A program made the translations under genes and the position numbers. Under the pieces are notes generated by a model, which saw only the letters and a program-made list of their open reading frames with translations, was not told the DNA's origin and searched no databases. A stretch of 64,000 nt of DNA from Vicinamibacterales bacterium (lineage in GTDB: Bacteria > Acidobacteriota > Vicinamibacteria > Vicinamibacterales > UBA8438). Location of the stretch: NCBI GenBank assembly GCA_965207265.1, contig OZ242279.1:4763359-4827358 (forward strand), read 5' to 3'. Below are positions 36,620-45,757 of the stretch, in pieces; within the stretch, counting starts at the first letter, position 1; every line of letters begins with the position of its first letter.

Positions 36620-36757
36620 GTGAGGTCGCTCGTCGTCGCGTTGCTGGCTGTGGTCGTGCTCGCGGTGCCGGCGGTCGTCCTGGCCGACGGCCGCGTCGCG
36701 CTGGTGGTCGGCAACAGCACCTACGCCCACATCGGGGTCTCGGACCGCACCGCGTAG
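36620..36757 (+). pseudogene. 5' fragment of a caspase-Sel1 paralog (signal peptide plus first beta-strand only)
   Basis: VRSLVVALLAVVVLAVPAVVLADGRVALVVGNSTYAHIG, then unrelated sequence and a stop. The paralog ATG is AGG here. Confidence 0.7.
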
Positions 36758-36788
36758 TCGGCGAGTTCGTACCCGGCCAGGTCGAGCT

Positions 36789-37104
36789 GGCGTCCCGATG
36801 AAATCCACGACGGCCGGCGGAACGAACTCGCCCGGCGTCAGCAGGCGGCCAGGGTAGCGGAGCATGCAAAACGGCCGTAGTCCCAAGAAGACTGTCCACG
36901 AAATGACGATTCTTCGCGTTCGGCTGTTCGGTTTTCGATTCACCGACGTCTGGAGAGAATAGATGGGGGTTTGCCAAGCGCGCCCATGGGCCGAAGCGAG
37001 GCCGGAGTCGTCTTCCGGGCACGGCGCCTGGGCGTCTTGGAGCACGACACCGGGCTTGTGAACCGACGCGAGAATCCGCCGTGAAGGTGAAGGAGTTGCA
37101 CGGG
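36789..37104. repeat. 316-bp upstream block duplicated at 54066..54385 (Tn3 DUF4158 fragment on minus strand plus caspase-gene leader)
   Basis: By-eye alignment is nearly identical (a few substitutions, one 1-nt indel). The minus strand of 36789..36880 encodes MLRYPGRLLTPGEFVPPAVVDFIG (Tn3 TnpA N-terminal motif). The leader core ACGAAATGACGATTCT..GTTCGG..GTTCGGTTTTCGATTCA also occurs at 36516..36570. Confidence 0.85.
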
Positions 37105-38703
37105 ATGCGATCTGTGAGGTCGTTCGTCGTGGCGGTGCTGGCCGTGTTGGTGCTCGCGGTGCCTGCGGTCGTTCTGGCCGACGGCCGGGTGGCGCTGGTG
37201 GTGGGCAACAGCACCTACGCGCACATCGGGCGGCTGCCGAACCCGGACAACGACGCTTGGGACATGTCGGCGGCGCTGCGGCAGCTCGGGTTCGAGGTGA
37301 CGACCGAGCTGGACGCCGATCGGGTGGAGCTGACCGAGGCGCTACGCGCGTTCACGCGGCAGAGTGCCGGGGCGGACGTCTCGCTGGTGTTCTACGCGGG
37401 TCACGGCATCGAGATGGATGGCGTCAACTACCTGGTGCCGGTCGACGCGCGCCTGGAGCGCGACGTGGACGTGCGCTTCGAGACGGTGACGGTCGACGAC
37501 CTGCTCGTATCGACGACGGGCGCGTCGTTGCGGCTGGTGATCCTGGATGCGTGCCGGAACAATCCGCTGGCGCGTTCGATGCAGCGCACGGCAGCGACCC
37601 GCACGGTGAGCGGGGGCAGCTTCGCCGACCTGAACGAGGACCTGCTGGGGGACGAGACGCTGGTGGCGTATGCGGCGGCGGCGGGAACGACGGCGGCGGA
37701 CGGGCTTGGCCGGAACAGCCCGTACACGGCGGCGCTACTGTCGCATCTGCAGACGCCGCTGGAGATCGGGCTGCTGTTCCGTCGGGTACGGGCGCAGGTG
37801 CTGGCGGCGACCAACGGCGCGCAGCGTCCGCACGAGTACCACTCGCTGGTGGGTGAGCACTACCTGACGAGAACGCTGGCCACGGGCGCGTCGGTCACCG
37901 TGAGCGCACCGGTTCCAGCCGATCCAGCGCCGGCCGACCCTCCACGGCCCGATCCGCCGGAGGCTGACATCACTGAGCTGCACATCGCTGCTCTCCGTGA
38001 GTTGGCCGAGGCGGGCGACGCCGAGGCGCAGACCGAGCTCGGCGAGCGGTATGAGGACGGTCGCGACGTGGTGCAGGACTACGCCGGCGCCGTGTCCTGG
38101 TTCCGGAGAGCGGCTGACCAAGGCTTTGCCCCCGGGCAGGCTGCCCTTGGCTTCATGTACGCGAGAGGTCGCGGCGCGCGACAGGACGACTCCGAGGCCG
38201 TCCGGTGGTTCCGCCGTGCGGCCGAACAGGGCAACGTCCGCGCGCAGTTCAACCTCGGCAACATGTACCGCGATGGACGGGGCGTGGCGCGCGAATACCA
38301 AGCCGCCGTGACCTGGTTTCGTCGAGCGGCTGACCAAGGGAATGTGGGCGCGCAACACAACCTGGGTGCTATGTACCGCGATGGTCGAGGCGTGCCTCAG
38401 GATTACGGCGTGGCCGTCACCTGGATCCGCCGCGCCGCAGAACAGAACGGGGCCTATGCGCAGAACAGCCTCGGGGCTCTGTATCGCGACGGCCGTGGCG
38501 TACGGCAAGACCATGAGAGAGCGGTGGCTTGGTTCCGCCGCGCGGCCGAACAAGGAAACGCGGCTGGTCAGGCCAGTCTCGGCTGGATGTACGAGAACGG
38601 CCGTGGGGTGCAACGGGATCGCGTGGAAGCCGTCCGGTGGTACCGTCGTGCAGCAGACCAGGGCGATTCCTGGGCGCAGGAGCAACTCGACCGTCTTCGG
38701 TGA
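37105..38703 (+). CDS. secreted caspase-like peptidase (C14) fused to about 7 Sel1-type repeats
   Basis: ORF 37081..38703. ATG 37105 preferred (AAGGAG 9 nt upstream). FYAGHG and ILDACRNN motifs. Sel1 repeats. Ends EQLDRLR. Confidence 0.9.
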   Translation: MRSVRSFVVAVLAVLVLAVPAVVLADGRVALVVGNSTYAHIGRLPNPDNDAWDMSAALRQLGFEVTTELDADRVELTEALRAFTRQSAGADVSLVFYAGHGIEMDGVNYLVPVDARLERDVDVRFETVTVDDLLVSTTGASLRLVILDACRNNPLARSMQRTAATRTVSGGSFADLNEDLLGDETLVAYAAAAGTTAADGLGRNSPYTAALLSHLQTPLEIGLLFRRVRAQVLAATNGAQRPHEYHSLVGEHYLTRTLATGASVTVSAPVPADPAPADPPRPDPPEADITELHIAALRELAEAGDAEAQTELGERYEDGRDVVQDYAGAVSWFRRAADQGFAPGQAALGFMYARGRGARQDDSEAVRWFRRAAEQGNVRAQFNLGNMYRDGRGVAREYQAAVTWFRRAADQGNVGAQHNLGAMYRDGRGVPQDYGVAVTWIRRAAEQNGAYAQNSLGALYRDGRGVRQDHERAVAWFRRAAEQGNAAGQASLGWMYENGRGVQRDRVEAVRWYRRAADQGDSWAQEQLDRLR

Positions 38704-38824
38704 ACTCAATGGTGCACAGCACAACGGATGCGAGGCGCGAGACATGCCGGAGGCTGGATGATCTGACCCCGGCGCCGGGTCGGATAACCGTGCCTTACGT
38801 TAACTTGTAGAAAAGAGGCCAGCA

Positions 38825-39043
38825 ATGATGTCTGAAGTGGTGTTGCCTGTTGCACTAGCGCTTGCGGGTGTCGCGGCCGCATGGTTGCATTGTTTCGACA
38901 GAGCAGCAAGGCGGATCACACGGTCGGGTTGGCTAATAGTAGCAGCAATTGTCATTCTTACGGTCGCGTCTTCCATCGATTCGCAACGAACACGTGCTGA
39001 CAACGAAGAGCTTAACGCAAACAACGACGGACTTGAACTCTAA
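38825..39043 (+). CDS. small membrane protein (hypothetical); reading frame continues after an in-frame TAA
   Basis: 72 aa with two hydrophobic helices, low GC. The same frame stays open from 39044 to 39472. Confidence 0.5.
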   Translation: MMSEVVLPVALALAGVAAAWLHCFDRAARRITRSGWLIVAAIVILTVASSIDSQRTRADNEELNANNDGLEL

Positions 39044-39172
39044 GTCCGGAGCCTAAATGATCGCGTAGAAGCTATCGAACGTGAAAGAGACAGCACAGAA
39101 GAGACAGGTACTGAAGACGCCCAAGTCGAGTCTGACCGGCCTGCAGTTTTCCGCGAACTGGCATCTGTATCA

Positions 39173-39472
39173 TTGGAGGTCGGCAATTTCTACAGCTCAT
39201 CTGCAAGATTGCCCCTGACCACTCCAAGTGGGCGGCCAGATGGCCTACTTCCTTTCGGTGCCGGTCAACTCTATATGAATGCAGACACGCCGTTTAGAGT
39301 GGAACGCGTTATAGATAGGGGTGGAATCCTCCACTATGTGGTCAACTTCAATACAAAGAATTCGAATTCCGACTTTCCACTAGGTTGGCAAAATCGAGTC
39401 CTGGATTCTAGAGAACTGCAGCAAGGCGATATAGTTGAACGAAGCTACAGCGAATATGAGTCATCTGGATAG
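39173..39472 (+). CDS. hypothetical protein, or the C-terminal part of an interrupted 38825..39472 gene
   Basis: ORF in the same frame as 38825..39043. No ATG; the open frame begins directly after the TAA at 39041..39043. Confidence 0.35.
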   Translation: MEVGNFYSSSARLPLTTPSGRPDGLLPFGAGQLYMNADTPFRVERVIDRGGILHYVVNFNTKNSNSDFPLGWQNRVLDSRELQQGDIVERSYSEYESSG

Positions 39473-40739
39473 GCTGGATGTGTCGGTTGCATGGCAGCGT
39501 GCTCGATGCCTCCGGTACGCCCGTGTGAGCGGCGCGAGTTTTTGTGGCCTACAACTCTTCTTTCGTGGCTGGATAAGTCCTCGTGAGTTTCGTTGGCGGT
39601 CGTGACCTGACGGGGAATGATGGGACACGCGGTCAACGGTATCGTGCCGGACACGGAGTTTCAGCTCTGTAGGGTAAGGACCCGACACACAATTCTGTCG
39701 GTGCTGCACAGCACATCGAACATCCTGTGCCTTAGTTGCGGCACGTCGAGTTCTGCCCTCCATGGGAACAACCCTACGATGCGGGTATATTGGAAAAACA
39801 GATGCGGCTTCAAGAGCAGACTGGTTGCGGATCTGAACCCCGGAAGATAAACGAATAGTACGCGTTTATCTCTTCAACCGCCTCGTGGTGTTGGTGCATC
39901 CAGTCCATGGGCTCCGATTCCTAATTGTCATCCCCGTCTTGACATTTGTCTACAGGTAGCGCGCAACGGTCCCACAGACGTCGGACCCCGATCGTCCATG
40001 AGGAACGCGCTGGTAGACCCTGCTGGAAGGCAGTCCGCTAGTGGTGTGTCACTAGAACAAGTTTACAGTTCAACTCCCGTGGCGTTGGCGGCACTTCCGC
40101 CCAAAATCGCCACGGAAATCGGGCGTCTTGCGAGCCGTCGGCCGCACGCGGCAAGTGTAAAGTCCTTCCTGGGACACACCACTAGCTGCTATGGAATGAC
40201 CTCTTGTCAACACTCCTGCGTTCGTCAGAACCTGTGGCCCCCTGAGCGCCGGATTCTGTCGGCCATCAGCCCGAGAGTGGGCCGCCGAGACGACGAACGA
40301 TCGAAGGTCGCTTCGACGACGAGTCACGCTGCTATTCGGTGATTATCACGGTTGCCCGTGACAGCGCACGCATGACGGTGATTCGTCGGGAGAGTAGGCC
40401 GTCTAGGAGTCGCGAGTTGGGATCGGCCATGCCGTCCGGATCGCATCGCTAGCTCGCCCGTTCTCCAGATCGTGCCTCTGATCATTCGTCGACCCGACGG
40501 CCCCTCTCAAGCCGTTTCACGTTTCGGTCAGTTCCTGGCCGAAAGCGTGCTTTCGGCCATATAAGCTGCTCCCACCGTGGCGGGCGTCGGGTCACCCGAA
40601 GGGCCGCAGCGAAGCGAAGGAGCCGCGCTTGCGCGGCTTGACGCGACGCCCGACACGGTGGTTCCGGCGCTCCAGGCCGCGCATCCCCCTCGCTCGATGT
40701 CGGTCGGCGTGCGCCGAATGCCGAGCACCGCCCCGCGAT

Positions 40740-41834
40740 TCATGCCGTCTCCGGGTGCAAGGCCGCCCACAGAAATCCAACCAGCTCGCGAGCCACCGCG
40801 ACCGTGACGACCGGGCTCGGCTTGTGCTCGGCCAGCCGCCGGAAGCGGCGGCACAACCGCTGCTGCGCCTTGTCCGCCAGCGCAATCACCCGCGGCGGTT
40901 GCCCGCTCCGTCGCTGGGCCAGCGTCCGGCTGACGGCGGGCCGGTGCCGATAGTGCCACGCCGCTTCCACCACCAGCCGCCGCGCCAACGTGTTGCCCGT
41001 CTTCGTGATCGGCCCGCGGCGATGACGCTCCCCGCTGGAGTGCTCCCCGGGCACCAGCCCCAGATACGCCATCAGCGCCCGCGCCGTCGGAAACCGCTGC
41101 ACATCGTGCAGCTCGGCGAGCAGCAGCATCGCGGTCAGCGTGTCGATGCCCCGGAAGCAGCGCAACCAGCCCACCGGCTCCCGATACGGGTCGGTGGTGG
41201 CCACGGTGGCCAACTGCGCATCCAGCTCCATCAGCCGGGCTTCGAGGTGGTCGATCGCCAGCAGGTAGTCGTCCAAGACGACCCGGTCGGCCGGATGCGG
41301 CCACGTCAGACCATTGACCCAGCGCCGGTGCGCCTGGGTCCACGCGCGACCCGGGTAATGCAGCCCTCGGCGAAGGAGCAATTTGCCGAGCCGGTGCCGG
41401 CACCGCTGCCGATCCGCGCGCGCGTCATCGCGAGCCCGACACAGGTCGCGCACCGCTTCCTCGGCCAGCGTCGGCGGCCGCACCTCGGTCAACAGCCCCG
41501 CCCGATGCAGTTCCGCCAGTTTGCGCGCGTCGCGCCGATCGGTCTTGATCCGCTCGCCCGGCTTGCGTGGCACCAGCGCCGGCGCGATCACCTGGCACTG
41601 GACCTGGCCCCGCTCGAGCTGCCGCTGCAATGCATAGCCGCACGGCCCGGCTTCGTAACAGCAGGCGACCGGACCCGGTGCGGCCTTCTCCAGCTTTCGG
41701 CGCAACCGCTCCACCGCCCGAGCCTCGTTCTGCACCTTCCAGGTGACCGGAGCGGAGGCATCTGGCGCCAACAGCGCGACGTGCAACTCCACCTTGTGCG
41801 CATCGATTCCCACGTGGGTGATAGGCTCGCTCAT
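40740..41834 (-). CDS. IS110-family (DEDD) transposase
   Basis: 364 aa. HVGIDAHKVELHVALL N-terminus, KTDRRDARKLAEL, C-terminal ...GRAWTQAHRRW...LLAELHDVQRFPTARALMAYLGLVPGEHSSGERHRRGPITKTGN. GAAAGGAG RBS. Confidence 0.9.
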   Translation of the reverse strand: MSEPITHVGIDAHKVELHVALLAPDASAPVTWKVQNEARAVERLRRKLEKAAPGPVACCYEAGPCGYALQRQLERGQVQCQVIAPALVPRKPGERIKTDRRDARKLAELHRAGLLTEVRPPTLAEEAVRDLCRARDDARADRQRCRHRLGKLLLRRGLHYPGRAWTQAHRRWVNGLTWPHPADRVVLDDYLLAIDHLEARLMELDAQLATVATTDPYREPVGWLRCFRGIDTLTAMLLLAELHDVQRFPTARALMAYLGLVPGEHSSGERHRRGPITKTGNTLARRLVVEAAWHYRHRPAVSRTLAQRRSGQPPRVIALADKAQQRLCRRFRRLAEHKPSPVVTVAVARELVGFLWAALHPETA

Positions 41835-41966
41835 GACCGGCTCCTTTCGTCTGCGGCTCTGACGCCGCGTTCGGTGGCAACCCGCGAATCGTAGGCGGCC
41901 TCGGCCGCCTTGTCGCGTGCTCGCGCACGACGACCGTACGATTGCGAGCCGGTCATTCCATATCGT

Positions 41967-42275
41967 CTAGGCTTCACCCTCGCCGTCACCCTGACTGTTG
42001 CCTCCGTCGCCGCCGCTATCGTCATCGTCGTCTGGACCGTGAGCGGTTCCGGCTAAGTCGTCTGTTTGATCGAGCTGGATCAAGTCTTTGGCGATGGCGA
42101 GCGAACCGCCGATTAGGGCCATCAAGGGCCCCTGAACGGCATCGTACGCTTGCGCGGCTGTCAAATCGCCAGCGGCCAGCAGGCTGAACACGAACAGCAC
42201 CGTCGCGTACCCGGCACTAACCAGAAACAAGACGTTCTTGCGCCAAGGGCGCTTGGACGCCTTCGGTTTGCTCAC
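41967..42275 (-). CDS. small membrane protein with acidic C-terminal tail (hypothetical)
   Basis: GTG 42275, 5 nt after AAGGAGGA. One or two TM helices, then DDDDDSGGDGGNSQGDGEGEA. Confidence 0.55.
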   Translation of the reverse strand: MSKPKASKRPWRKNVLFLVSAGYATVLFVFSLLAAGDLTAAQAYDAVQGPLMALIGGSLAIAKDLIQLDQTDDLAGTAHGPDDDDDSGGDGGNSQGDGEGEA

Positions 42276-42439
42276 GTCATTCCTCCTTTGCACACGGTGG
42301 GAGCGGCTGATGCGGCTCCGGGGCTGTGTTCCGCAGGCATGCCCGCGGATAAAAAAGAGCCAGCGAAAAATCTCCTTATTCGGTCGGACGTAGCTTCCCG
42401 AAGGGAGGCGCGCGCCCCTGTGCTTCCCTTCGGGTGTCT

Positions 42440-42907
42440 TTATTGGCCGAGCACGTACTGCTGTCTTATCCGAAGACAAGTTGAGGGAAGCGGGACACGA
42501 GCGGTAGCCTGCGGAACACGACGAAGTTCATTGCCATCGGCAGCACCACTGCGAGGAGGCTCCCACGGGCCATGGAGATCGATGACACACATTGCCAGTA
42601 GCATCCGCGCGTCCTCAAGGTCGTCAACGGCGGCGGTCAATTGCCGAACGGCCGTGGTTAGACCGCTTACCGCTTCACCCAAGTTGGTCAGGGGAGTAAC
42701 GGTCTCTCCCAGCTCATCCACGATCCCGGTCACGCGCTCGACATCCCCACTCAGGGTGTTGGCGCTCACCGTCAGGTCGGTGACAGCGGCAGAGTCAGCC
42801 TTGGTCGCTAGTTCGCTCGCGAGGTACCAGGTCCCTCCGAGCACCGCAGTCAGCACCGTGAGCACGCCCGCATTCTCGCGGGCCAATCGCAGAAGCTCCC
42901 TCATCAT
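42440..42907 (-). CDS. membrane-anchored coiled-coil protein (hypothetical)
   Basis: 155-aa ORF preceded by AGGAGG. TM helix GVLTVLTAVLGGTWYL, then a T/V/L-rich helical region. Confidence 0.5.
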   Translation of the reverse strand: MMRELLRLARENAGVLTVLTAVLGGTWYLASELATKADSAAVTDLTVSANTLSGDVERVTGIVDELGETVTPLTNLGEAVSGLTTAVRQLTAAVDDLEDARMLLAMCVIDLHGPWEPPRSGAADGNELRRVPQATARVPLPSTCLRIRQQYVLGQ

Positions 42908-43059
42908 TTGGGGAGTTGACCTCCTAGGCGTACCCTAGCAGGTCTTGCCCCAGAGTCAAGCCGCTCCCGAAGGGGTCCAGAGGCCTGGCGGCGGACCCTC
43001 CGGACGAGCTGACGGCCGCCGAGGCGGTCGTCACATTCGGCAGCCGAATGGTCGCCGGT

Positions 43060-43755
43060 GGGGTCGATGACGACCGAGTTCGACGCCGATCGGGTGGATC
43101 TGACCGAGGCGCTGCGCGCGTTCACGCGGCGAAGCGCCGACGCGGACGTATCACTGGTCTTCTACGCGGGGCCACGGCATCGAGATGGACGGCGTCAACT
43201 ACCCGGTGCCGGTCGACGCGCGCCTGGAGCGGGACAGTCGACGTGCGCTTCGAGACGGTGACGGTTGATGACTCGCTCGTGTCGACGTCTGGCGCGTCGT
43301 TGCGGTTGGTGATCCTGGATGCGTGCCGGAACAACCCGCTGGCGCGTTCGATGCAGCGCACGGCAGCGACCCGCACGGTGAGCGGGGGCAGTTTCGCCGA
43401 CCTGAACGAGGACCTGCTGGGGGACGAGACGCTGGTGGCGTATGCGGCGGCGGCGGGAACGACAGCGGCGGACGGGCGGGGCCGGAACAGCCCGTACACG
43501 GCGGCGCTGCTATCGCATCTGCAGACGCCGCTGGAGATCGGGCTGCTGTTCCGTCGGGTACGGGCGCAGGTGCTGGCGGCGACCAACGGTGCGCAGCGGC
43601 CGCAGGGGTATCACTCGCTGGTGGGCGAACACTACCTGACACGAACGCTGGCCACGGGCGTGTCGGTCACGGTGAGCGCAACGGTTCCAGCCGACCCGGC
43701 GCCGGCCGACTCTCCACGGCCCGATCCGCCAGAGGCTGACAATCGTCGGCGGTGA
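43060..43755 (+). pseudogene. truncated, frameshifted caspase-domain copy (no signal peptide, no Sel1 repeats)
   Basis: TTEFDADRVDLTEALRAFTRRSADADVSLVFYAG, a frameshift across the catalytic His, then VDVRFETVTVDD...LVILDACRNNPLARS... up to the Pro-rich linker, then a stop. Confidence 0.8.
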
Positions 43756-43845
43756 ACTCGATGCGGCAGAACACAACGGTGGTGACGCGGTACAACCGCC
43801 GCCGGTCGACGTCGATGCGACTCCCGTAGCCGCCCGCGGCTGCGG

Positions 43846-44322
43846 TCAAGGCCGGAGCTTTCCCGTGATCTTTTTCCAGCCGCCGTAGCCCATGATCGCG
43901 ACCAAACGCCACCCGGCCCTCAGCCAGCTCATGCCGTCCTTCCGGCAGATCTGCCGGTACTCCGACGCCCCGGCCGCCCAGTTGCGGAAGCTGTTCTCCA
44001 GGATGCGAAGGTACATGGCCTGGCACCAGACGTCGTGGACGGCGGACGCTCGCAGACATTTGTCCGTGTTGACGGCCGGCCCCGAATTTCCGTCCCATCC
44101 GTAGCCAACGTGGAGCGTAACCACGCTGTCGTTTTGAAAGGTCGCGACGACCACGTCTTTCTTTTGGTCCGAGATCGTTCGTCTACGAGCAGACCCCATC
44201 CTGGGCTGGTGTATCCAGTTGTGCTCGTAGTCCTCCTCGACCACCACATAGGGCCACCGCGCTCCCGACGTTTTTTGCAGCTTGAGCCCGTCGATTTCGT
44301 GCGTTCCGTCTGGTACGGCCAT
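43846..44322 (-). CDS. hypothetical protein, DUF1353-like
   Basis: ATG 44322 after GGAAGGGAG, 158 aa. HVGYGWDGNSGPAVNTDKCLRASAVHDVWCQ resembles the DUF1353 core (weak recollection). Confidence 0.45.
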   Translation of the reverse strand: MAVPDGTHEIDGLKLQKTSGARWPYVVVEEDYEHNWIHQPRMGSARRRTISDQKKDVVVATFQNDSVVTLHVGYGWDGNSGPAVNTDKCLRASAVHDVWCQAMYLRILENSFRNWAAGASEYRQICRKDGMSWLRAGWRLVAIMGYGGWKKITGKLRP

Positions 44323-44419
44323 GCGCGTCTCCCTTCCTGCTGGCATGGGGCAGTATATGAGTGGTTCGTATACCGTCCCTCGGATCTTCTGCGACCGACG
44401 TGCTACTGTCCGCGGCGTG

Positions 44420-44571
44420 AGCACGGTCTCGGAGGCCTGCCCGGAGGCGGTGGCCTCGATGAACTCGTCGATGCGGACGTCGTTCGCTCGTGCGTACGCG
44501 AGGATGGCGAGGCGCTGGCTGCGAACGTCCTGCTGCGGGGTCGAGACGCGCAGATAGGCGACGGTCTTCAC
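44420..44571 (-). pseudogene. serine recombinase (resolvase) N-terminal fragment
   Basis: VKTVAYLRVSTPQQDVRSQRLAILAYARANDVRIDEFIEATASGQ has the catalytic Y.RVST..Q motif. Similarity stops after about 50 codons. Confidence 0.6.
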
Positions 44572-45364
44572 GGCCTGTCCATGGAATGCAGCTTCGCGTA
44601 TTGTATCTGACAGATGCGGGACATGGAACGCGTCATGTTCCCTGCTGCTGAACTGTTCGGCGAGAACGCCCTTTTCTTCCTGACAGAACCGCGCCGGTTT
44701 CCCCGCCGCCGCGGGTCTTCCGCGCCCGGCGGCCGGCTCGGGAGCCACCCGGGGGCTTGTGCTGAGCCCTTGGAGTGTATTTCCGCACGAATGTTGTCGG
44801 TACCCTCCGAAGGTCGACCTTGTAGTCCAGCGACAGCTCGGGCGTCAGCCGCCAACTCAGCGTGCTGGGCCAATCGAGCGTCGGCTCGGGCGCCCCCAAG
44901 TCGCTGAACACGTCGAGGTTCGTGTTGTAGAGCAGGAAGCGATAGCGGACGGTCGCCACCACGGTCGGCTCCAGCCCCGTCTCCTGGAAGTTGGTGGCCT
45001 CCAACGTACTCCAGCTCGGGGTGGTCTCGTCGTCGTCCAGGAAGAAGGCGCGCCGGCGAACCGGTTCTGCCGGAAGCCGGCGCCGACCCGCCAGTCGAGG
45101 CGCACTGCCCGCCCCCGTAGCAGGTGGGTATTCAGGCCGACCCCCTCGCGCAACTCCGGCGGGCTGAACGCGTCGCTGGTCGGGAACGTGCTGTTGGCCG
45201 GCACGATGGCTACCTCGCGCCTACGAGACCTGTTCAAGGTCGGTCCCCGGGCGGATCCCCATCTTGCCGTTGCGCCTCCGCCACCGGGCGGCACCGGTTC
45301 ACCGCTGGCGAGTCCGCCGATAAACCGGCGAGCACGCGGGCTGCTAGCCGGCGGCGGCTAGCAA

Positions 45365-45684
45365 TCACGGAAAGAACACGAGCTTGACCAGCAGGCCGAG
45401 GATGACCGGACCGTACCCGAACTTGAGCAGCTTCATGTCGGATTTCAGCTCGGATTCGATCCGGCTGATCTGCGTCGACAAGCGCGTGTCGAGGTTCGCG
45501 ATTTCTGTCCGCACCTCGGCGAACTCGGCCCGCACCTCGGCCTGGCCGGCCTTGAACTGGTCGGACGTGACGTGATCACCCTGTTCGAAGGCTGAGCGGA
45601 GGGCGTCGGTGAGGGCATCAGCCTGGGCGGGGGTGAAGTCGGCAGCGGTTAGCCCGGAAAATTCGTGGCGTGTTCCGATTCCGG
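45365..45684 (-). pseudogene. DUF1640-like tail-anchored coiled-coil protein, 5'-truncated (apparently by the IS1380 element)
   Basis: ...FKAGQAEVRAEFAEVRTEIANLDTRLSTQISRIESELKSDMKLLKFGYGPVILGLLVKLVFFP, with no start codon upstream. The rest of ORF 45365..47224 is antisense to the transposase. Confidence 0.5.
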
Positions 45685-45757
45685 TACAGACACAAAAGCC
45701 CCCGTGTGGTACAAGTGCAGTGTTAACAACCACTTGCGCCACCACGGAGGCCCTTGC

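Noticed and set aside
36896-36950. ECF-type promoter (GAAC-N17-CGTC) readable on the minus strand of the conserved caspase-gene leader
   Set aside because: It would fire away from the caspase gene into a Tn3 scrap. The match is a minimal consensus that is easy to find by chance in GC-rich DNA.
44633-45294. Minus-strand ORFs suggesting a beta-barrel outer-membrane protein fragment (NFQETGLEPTVVATVRYRFLLYNTNLDVFSDLG...)
   Set aside because: It is plausibly a frameshifted remnant, but I could not recognise a family or define its ends. Evidence too weak for a feature call.
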